A stretch of 16,368 nucleotides of DNA from Candidatus Eiseniibacteriota bacterium (GTDB taxonomy: Bacteria; Eisenbacteria; RBG-16-71-46; DASYSL01), in the NCBI GenBank assembly GCA_046598045.1, contig JBKJJJ010000028.1, positions 1 through 16,368 of the forward strand, written 5' to 3'. The number at the start of each line of letters is the position of its first letter. Position 1 is the first letter of the stretch. The notes under the pieces are model-generated. The model worked only from the letters and a program-made list of their open reading frames with translations. It was not told the origin of the DNA and ran no database searches. Below are positions 1 to 5,628 of the stretch, one piece after another. The translations under genes and the position numbers were made by a program.

Positions 1-10
1 CATTAAATTA

Positions 11-38
11 CCCGCCCCAAACAAGGGATTGGGACGGG
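11..38 (-). terminator. Possible intrinsic terminator downstream of the M48 peptidase gene
   Basis: Minus strand reads CCCGTCCCAA-(8 nt)-TTGGGGCGGG, a 10-bp stem with one G-U pair, followed by an A/T-rich tail TAATTTAATG. The tail is not a clean U-run, and the site is about 230 nt past the stop. Confidence 0.3.
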
Positions 39-268
39 CTGACCGACCCGGCGACCCCCGTGCGCAGCCATAACGCCACGCGGACAGCGGACTTCGGGGA
101 CGGTTGGACGTGCCCGACCGCGTTGCCCGCCGGGACCGCCCTTGCGCGATTTCCCACTCGTAGCACGCCACGGCCGCGGGAATGCGACTGGAGCGCTGCC
201 GGATCGACCAGGATCGCCTAGCGCCCTTGGGCATTCCCCAGAGACGAATACTGCCACGATCCGCGGAT

Positions 269-1750
269 TCAGTTGTGACTGACATTTTCACTGACCCGCA
301 AACTACGGACGATGTGATCGAACGTGGGCTCGAGCGCCGCGTACTCGTCGGTCGGCGCGATGAGCAGGAGGTAGACGATGTGATCATCGGCGAGCGCACG
401 CGTGATGACCGTCACCTGCTCGCCCCGCCCATTCGAGCTCGAGCGTCCGGCGAGCCGAACGGACAGCGAGTTCTGGCCCGAGATCGTCCTGCGCTGCTCC
501 GAGCCGTCGACGCGACTGAGGCTCGGATTCGTCTGCTCGATCTGTTGGACGAGATCGCTGGTCGCCTGCTCCAGCGGGGACGCGCCGTAGCCCGAGTTCT
601 GCGAATCGGTGAAATTGCCGCCGACCGCACCGTCGAACGGAACGTAATGGCTCACGATCACGCCATACGCGAGATTGTTTCTCCCACGATCGTCGGGGAT
701 GAGGCCACCGCGCGGGACGAGCGTGACCCCGTAGGCCCCGGCGGCGGCGCTGCTGGTCCAATTGTCGGGCTGTTCGATCTGGAAGTTGCCCTGCGGCTGC
801 CTGTACACGCGATACCGGGTCGACGGCGCTTCGATCGCGAGATCGGCCCCGTTCGAAGCGGTCGCGCTGCTCGACGTCGAGGGGTTGGCCGCGACCTGCG
901 CCGTCGTCCGCGCGGCGGGAAATCCGCGCAACCGGGTCTGGACCGAAGCGAGTGAGCCGATCGGAGACGAACGCGTCACTGCGCCGAGGAGCTTCGCTTC
1001 CTGCTGCACGCGCGCCTCGCGATCCGCAGGAGCCGGGTGATCGCTCAGGAAGACCGCCACCTTGCCCGGGTCCGAACCGGCCTTCTGCCGCAGGAACGCA
1101 AAGAAGTGGGCCATCTCCATGGGGTCGTAACCGGCGCGCGCCATGATCTGCGAGCCCACGACGTCCGCTTGGCTCTCGATCGAGCGCGAGAACTTGAGGA
1201 ACAACGTGTTCATCCCGAACCCGCCAACGGCATTCACGATGCTGCCCGTGGACGAGCCCGACTTCCCACCCAGCAACCCGCCGAGCACGCCGAGTCCGGC
1301 GTTCGCCAGGTAGGCCTTCGAGGCCTGGTTCGTCGGGTGGCGGAGCGCAACGTGCGCAATCTCGTGCGCCATCACCCCGGCGAGCTCGCCCTCGGTCCGC
1401 ACCTGCTCGAGCAGACCGCGATGCACGTAGATAAATCCTCCCGGAAGCGCGAATGCGTTGATGTCCGAGAGGTTTGCCACCTTGAATTGGTAGTTGAACT
1501 TGGTGCCCGGAGCCTGGGCCGCGAGTCGCGCGCCGAGTGCGGAGACATAGCGCTGCGTCGCAGCGTCGCTCATCATCGGCAGCTGGCGCTCCACCTGGAG
1601 CGCCGACTTCTTGCCGATCTCCACGTCCTGGGCGACGGAGAAGATGTTGAAGCCGGGGCGGACCACGGTCTGCGCGCCCGCCATCGAGGACGCGATGACC
1701 AGCGAGATGAGTGCGAGACCAAGAGGTCCCAAGGCATGTCTCGTCTTCAT
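269..1750 (-). CDS. Exported M48-family zinc metallopeptidase (BepA/YfgC/Oma1-like) with an extra C-terminal domain, 493 aa
   Basis: Signal peptide MKTRHALGPLGLALISLVIASSMAGA; motifs INAFALPGG, HEIAH (HExxH), FSRSIESQAD (third Zn ligand) and FLSDHP. GGAGGAG Shine-Dalgarno (SD) precedes ATG 1750, so the ORF-track start at 2026 is over-extended. Confidence 0.9.
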   Translation of the reverse strand: MKTRHALGPLGLALISLVIASSMAGAQTVVRPGFNIFSVAQDVEIGKKSALQVERQLPMMSDAATQRYVSALGARLAAQAPGTKFNYQFKVANLSDINAFALPGGFIYVHRGLLEQVRTEGELAGVMAHEIAHVALRHPTNQASKAYLANAGLGVLGGLLGGKSGSSTGSIVNAVGGFGMNTLFLKFSRSIESQADVVGSQIMARAGYDPMEMAHFFAFLRQKAGSDPGKVAVFLSDHPAPADREARVQQEAKLLGAVTRSSPIGSLASVQTRLRGFPAARTTAQVAANPSTSSSATASNGADLAIEAPSTRYRVYRQPQGNFQIEQPDNWTSSAAAGAYGVTLVPRGGLIPDDRGRNNLAYGVIVSHYVPFDGAVGGNFTDSQNSGYGASPLEQATSDLVQQIEQTNPSLSRVDGSEQRRTISGQNSLSVRLAGRSSSNGRGEQVTVITRALADDHIVYLLLIAPTDEYAALEPTFDHIVRSLRVSENVSHN

Positions 1751-2299
1751 GTCGAGCTCCTCCTGTGGCGGCCGATCGTCTTCAGGGCCAACGCCTCCCA
1801 CCAGCGTCCCGCCACGAAGGGCAGCAGGACTGTGAGGACGCCGAACGCGACGACCTGGGGGAAGAAGCCCATCCAACGGATGATCAACAGGTCGGGCGTG
1901 GCGCGATGACCGCCGCGTCGAGTTGCTTGAGGGGATCGCTTGCCTGATGCGCCACTGAGAGCTCCCCGTTCCGTTACCCGCCCATTGCGCTGGTGGTCGA
2001 CATCCGGGCTCGGAGCCTTGGGCCACGATCCTTCAGGGCGGCGGAAGTTCTTCCGGGGTTCTCCTTGAAGCTCTCGTCTTGGCCCAGCTCACGGTCGGGA
2101 AGGGCTCGGACTGCGCCCACCGTTCCCGGCGTAATCCCGCACCGCGCGGGATACTCGACACGGATGCCGAAGTGGGGACACCTCTGACATCGTGCGCCTA
2201 CCCACGCGGAGCGAACTTGATGGCGTGGTTCCACGCGTGATGGGTGCGCGGTCTGACGCCTGCACTCAAGTTATAGCCTCGACGCAACAACCTGAATAC

Positions 2300-2337
2300 C
2301 GGGGCAATGCCTGATTTCATAGTCAGGAAAACCCCGA
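2300..2337 (+). promoter_or_regulatory. Putative tandem operator, site A
   Basis: CGGGG-CAATG-CCTGA tttcatag TCAGG-AAAAC-CCCGA. 2301-2330 matches 3641-3670 at 22/30 positions without gaps. Confidence 0.55.
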
Positions 2338-2594
2338 CAGCTGAATTCCAGGTGATCTTGACCACGTGGACACCCTGAACTCGAAGTGGGACGCAGCAAT
2401 GATTGCGGCTGCAAATCAGCTTGTCGAGAGCCCCGCCCAGGCACACAGTCGGGAACGGCCGTTGCCGGTTTCGGGAGTTGGCCGGCGTGTTTCGCTGGAC
2501 CGCGAACGGCAACGCAGCCGCAACTCCGGTCGCAGCCGCGACCCTTCGCGTCGATCAATGGAAGTGGCGGGAACAATCCCGGGGGAGGCCACCA

Positions 2595-2741
2595 ATGCTG
2601 TACACAGTCGCAGTCGTCCTCGTCATTCTCTGGCTGCTTGGCTTCCTGACGCACACGATGGGGGGTTTGATTCACATCCTGCTGGTGATCGCCATCATCG
2701 CGGTGCTGTTTCGCGTGATCTCGGGGCGAAGAGCTCTCTAG
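2595..2741 (+). CDS. lmo0937-family (DUF5670) small membrane protein, copy 1, 48 aa
   Basis: MLYTVAVVLVILWLLGFLTHTMGGLIHILLVIAIIAVLFRVISGRRAL carries the family pattern LWLLG...GGLIHILLV. GGAGG SD. Paralog at 5116. Confidence 0.9.
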   Translation: MLYTVAVVLVILWLLGFLTHTMGGLIHILLVIAIIAVLFRVISGRRAL

Positions 2742-2851
2742 CCCGGGCGTCACGGATGCCCGAAGACGGGCGAGCGCGGGGTTTGGCGTTGTGCTTCGGG
2801 GCTACCCCGACCTTCGCGTGGGTCGAGATCGCCCCTCGGCGCAAAGGACCT

Positions 2852-3157
2852 CTAGAGCCGGCCGCCGACCTTGTTCAGGGCGTCCTGCCCGAGCTTCTCG
2901 ACGCTGTCCCGCCCATCCTTCAAGGCGTGACCCAGGTCATGCGAAACGTCGCGCGCGCCCTTGCCGAGGTCGTCGAGCTTTCCGCGTACGCCGTCGCCCA
3001 GCTCCTTCGCCCGGTCGCCCAGGTCACCAGCTGCCCCCATGAGGCGACGACGCGTGTCACCACCGGCCCCCGGCGCCATGAGCAGGGCCAGCCCGCCGCC
3101 GATGATTGCGCCGAGCAGGAAACCCGCGAACATTCCATTGTTCTGGTTGTCAGACAT
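2852..3157 (-). CDS. YtxH-domain protein, 101 aa
   Basis: GFLLGAIIGGGLALLMAPGAGGDTRRRL is the YtxH signature, followed by a charged helical repeat region. GAAGGAG SD before ATG 3157. Confidence 0.85.
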   Translation of the reverse strand: MSDNQNNGMFAGFLLGAIIGGGLALLMAPGAGGDTRRRLMGAAGDLGDRAKELGDGVRGKLDDLGKGARDVSHDLGHALKDGRDSVEKLGQDALNKVGGRL

Positions 3158-3452
3158 GATGAACTCCTTCGGGTAGGGAATGCACAGGATCCCGGCCATG
3201 ACTCCAACGCCGGGTCAAACCACGAACGCCTGAGCGGAGCGCCCGCATGAGCGCGACGACCTGCAGCACCGGGCGCTGGACCTCATCCAGCACCAGGCCG
3301 CTGATCGAGGTCGCCTGCTTCACGACCCCTGCGATGCCCGTTGCGCCGCTCCGAACGGTCAGGGCGATCTCCTCGAGGGACAAGACCAGCTCGCGAACCT
3401 TTTTCGAGGTCTCCCGCGTGTCTGCGAGGAGGTCCTCGACGAGGATGGTCAT
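3150..3452 (-). CDS. DUF948/YtxG-like coiled-coil protein lacking an N-terminal TM helix, 100 aa
   Basis: GGAGGAG SD 7 nt before ATG 3452; amphipathic helical sequence; 8-nt overlap (ATGTCTGA) with the ytxH-like gene, the usual position of DUF948 genes. The family call rests largely on context. Confidence 0.6.
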   Translation of the reverse strand: MTILVEDLLADTRETSKKVRELVLSLEEIALTVRSGATGIAGVVKQATSISGLVLDEVQRPVLQVVALMRALRSGVRGLTRRWSHGRDPVHSLPEGVHHV

Positions 3453-3545
3453 TGCCCTACTCCTCCGGTCATTCAAGGTGCGTCGTGAGTTGATGCGTAC
3501 TCCTCGATCCACCCGATACTGGGTGCCAGAGCCTTCGAGGCACAA

Positions 3546-3583
3546 TCAGGCGATTGCTGACAGTGTGATCAGAAATTGTCCGC
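3546..3583 (-). promoter_or_regulatory. Putative tandem operator, site C
   Basis: Minus strand GCGGA-CAATT-TCTGA tcacactg TCAGC-AATCG-CCTGA has the same CTGA-N8-TCAG core and flanks as sites A and B. It faces the 3452 start. Confidence 0.5.
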
Positions 3584-3639
3584 ACTGCCCACCATTCTGA
3601 TTGCCGAGTGTGCGTGCATCGCACACGAGATCTCGGGCA

Positions 3640-3677
3640 TGGGGAAATTCCTGATTCTGGTGTCAGGCAATGCCGTA
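3640..3677 (+). promoter_or_regulatory. Putative tandem operator, site B
   Basis: TGGGG-AAATT-CCTGA ttctggtg TCAGG-CAATG-CCGTA, in the relatively AT-rich divergent intergenic region. Confidence 0.55.
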
Positions 3678-4023
3678 CGACATGTGTTTCTGTGATTGTC
3701 TTCATCGCTCGAGTTGTCGACGAAGTGAGTCTGTCACAGGTCTGTGTATACGAATGAACTTGTGCTGTGGCCCGGACAGGCCCACAGTCCGGATAGCTCT
3801 CGCTCGATGCAGACGGCGGTCCTTGAGATCCAGCCTCCGACTCGCAAGCGAGCCACGAATCGCGTGACCAACCCGCCTCGGTTGGCCTGCGGTCGATCCC
3901 ACCCGACCGCGCACCGGCAACGCTTCCGGAGGATCCGGACGGAGCCGCCCCCTCCTTTCACGCCGACCGCGCGCAGTTGCGAGTCGTGCGACCGTTACCG
4001 TGTTCCCCGACAGGAGCCAAAAC

Positions 4024-4746
4024 ATGCGTTCCACAATATTGATTGCCACCGCCGCGCTGCTCGCGGCGGGCGTTCTCCAGGGATGTGGCAGCGACAACAA
4101 GCTCAGCGCGGACAGCGCCAACCCCGCGTCCGTTCCCCTCGGGGGAGTCGTGACCGGAAGCAACAACTTCCGCGTGCTCGCGGGTTCCACGGTCGCCAAC
4201 ACGGGCGGCACCACGGTCGCCGGAGATGTCGGCGTGTGGGCGGGAACTTCGGTTACCGGTTTCGGACCGGGGACGATGACCGGAAACGGCGGCGTCCCCC
4301 ACGTGGCCGATCCAGCCGCCCAAACAGCCCAGTCGGACCTGACGATCGCCTACAACAATGCGGCCGGTCGCGCTGTGGGCGCGGCAGTGGCCGGAAACAT
4401 CGGCGGACAAACGCTCACTCCGGGCGTCTACACGTCCACCTCGTCGCTCGCGATCTCGTCGGGGGACCTGACGCTCAACGGCAATTCGAACGGCGTGTTC
4501 ATCTTCCAGATCCCGAGCTCGCTCACCGTGACCTCGGGTCGCAAGGTGATCCTGACCGGCGGCGCCCTGGCCTCGAACGTGTTCTGGCAGGTCGGCAGCT
4601 CGGCAACCCTGGGCACGACCTCGAACTTCAGCGGAACCATCCTGGCGAACTCGTCGATCACGATGGCGACCGGCGCCACGCTGCACGGCCGCGCGCTCGC
4701 ACGGGTCGGCGGAGTCACCCTGGATTCGAACATCATCGGGCCGTAG
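4024..4746 (+). CDS. Ice-binding family (DUF3494) lipoprotein, 240 aa
   Basis: CAGGAG SD; lipobox LQG-C21; DUF3494 motifs FRVLAGSTVANTGGTTVAGDVGV, AQSDLTIAYNNAAGR, GGQTLTPGVY, VFIFQI, ASNVFWQVGSSATLGT, GRALA. Confidence 0.92.
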   Translation: MRSTILIATAALLAAGVLQGCGSDNKLSADSANPASVPLGGVVTGSNNFRVLAGSTVANTGGTTVAGDVGVWAGTSVTGFGPGTMTGNGGVPHVADPAAQTAQSDLTIAYNNAAGRAVGAAVAGNIGGQTLTPGVYTSTSSLAISSGDLTLNGNSNGVFIFQIPSSLTVTSGRKVILTGGALASNVFWQVGSSATLGTTSNFSGTILANSSITMATGATLHGRALARVGGVTLDSNIIGP

Positions 4747-5081
4747 TGAAACGCATCGCCCGCAAATCGGACGGTCGGCGAATCTACTCGGCCGAGTTCA
4801 AGCGGGAGCAAATTGCCCGGGTTCTGCGGGGTGAAGTCACGATCGCGGAGCTCGGCCGGAAGCTCGGCATCGCGCGGGGCCTGTTGCAACGATGGAAACG
4901 CTTGGAGATCCTTGGCGTTTCGACCGGAGCGGCGGGTTCCGACGGTGCCTGGCGCGGCAGGTCAGCGCGTGCGTCCGAGCAGCAGATCGGGGAACTCCAG
5001 CGCCTGGTCGGCAGGCAGGCGGTGGAACTCGAGAGCCTGCGTGCCGAACGCGACGCACTGAAGGCAAGACGGCGCTCCTAG
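4746..5081 (+). CDS. Solitary IS3-family (IS2 InsC-like) OrfA HTH plus coiled-coil protein, 111 aa
   Basis: RRIYSAEFKREQIARVLRGEVTIAELGRKLGIARGLLQRWK is an HTH_Tnp_1-type HTH. QIGELQRLVGRQAVELESL resembles the InsC zipper. The GTG start shares a base with the upstream TAG (TAGTG). Confidence 0.8.
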   Translation: MKRIARKSDGRRIYSAEFKREQIARVLRGEVTIAELGRKLGIARGLLQRWKRLEILGVSTGAAGSDGAWRGRSARASEQQIGELQRLVGRQAVELESLRAERDALKARRRS

Positions 5082-5115
5082 GGAGCGGCGGGAACCAACC
5101 AACAGGAGGCCGCTC

Positions 5116-5265
5116 ATGCTCTATACAGTCGCAGTCGTACTCGTGATCCTTTGGCTGCTCGGGTTGCTGACGTCCTACACCATGGGCGGGCTCATCCACC
5201 TTCTGCTCGTGATCGCCATCATTGCCATCCTGTTTCGGGTGATCTCGGGCCGAAGGGCGCTCTAG
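5116..5265 (+). CDS. lmo0937-family (DUF5670) small membrane protein, copy 2, 49 aa (not in the ORF track)
   Basis: MLYTVAVVLVILWLLGLLTSYTMGGLIHLLLVIAIIAILFRVISGRRAL; AGGAGG SD; 44/48 aligned residues identical to copy 1. Confidence 0.9.
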   Translation: MLYTVAVVLVILWLLGLLTSYTMGGLIHLLLVIAIIAILFRVISGRRAL

Positions 5266-5489
5266 TGAAGCCGCTCGGCTACGTGCTCGCGATCCTCGGC
5301 ATCATCGCCCTCGCCTACGGCGGGATCACCTACAACCGCGAGAAGACGGTCCTCGACGTCGGGCCGCTCAAGGCGACCGCGACGGAGCAGAAACGCATCC
5401 CGTTCTCCCCGGTCGTCGGCGGGCTGCTCTTGCTCGGCGGGATTCTCCTGCTGGTGGTGCCCGGAAAGCGGCTAGCCGGCGGGTCGTAG
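5265..5489 (+). CDS. DUF3185-like small membrane protein, 74 aa
   Basis: MKPLGYVLAILGIIALAYGGITYNREKTVLDVGPLKAT...IPFSPVVGGLLLLGG: two TM helices around the typical loop. TAGTG coupling to the upstream gene. Confidence 0.8.
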   Translation: MKPLGYVLAILGIIALAYGGITYNREKTVLDVGPLKATATEQKRIPFSPVVGGLLLLGGILLLVVPGKRLAGGS

Positions 5490-5493
5490 GCGG

Positions 5494-5628
5494 GCGACGA
5501 CGAAAGTAGTCGAAAGCGAAACGGTGGACACGGTCGCGCTACGATTCGGAGGCTGCCTGTGGGGGAGTGCCCCGGACCCGAAGCCGACCGTCGTTCACCG
5601 TTTCCGTTTCACGGCGACGGCTCGTCGC
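5494..5628. repeat. Long imperfect inverted repeat between convergent genes
   Basis: 5512-5536 matches the reverse complement of 5585-5610 at 22/26. GCGACGA (5494-5500) pairs with TCGTCGC (5622-5628) in the same register. Confidence 0.6.

Noticed and set aside
69..110. Integron attC site (CATAAC...GTTGGAC)
   Set aside because: It spans only about 42 bp, has no complementary L boxes, and no array or integrase is in view.
178..238. Hairpin GGGAATGC/GCATTCCC just downstream of the M48 gene as a terminator or ncRNA
   Set aside because: The interior is long and irregular with no U-tract; it cannot be distinguished from chance in high-GC DNA.
2369..2425. c-di-GMP-I riboswitch, suggested by AGTGGGACGCA
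   Set aside because: It lacks the upstream GGCAAA, the GNRA-capped P2 stem, the ACGCAAA continuation and the tetraloop receptor.
3514..3528. Sigma-54 promoter (TGGCAC on the minus strand)
   Set aside because: There is no GC dinucleotide at the required GG-N10-GC spacing.
3744..4745. 445-aa ORF 3744-5081 as one protein
   Set aside because: The first ~334 codons are an Arg-rich off-frame shadow of the ice-binding gene and its leader. Only the part from GTG 4746 is recognisable.
4700..5120. Complete IS3-family insertion sequence
   Set aside because: No OrfB/DDE domain, terminal inverted repeats or target-site duplication is visible.
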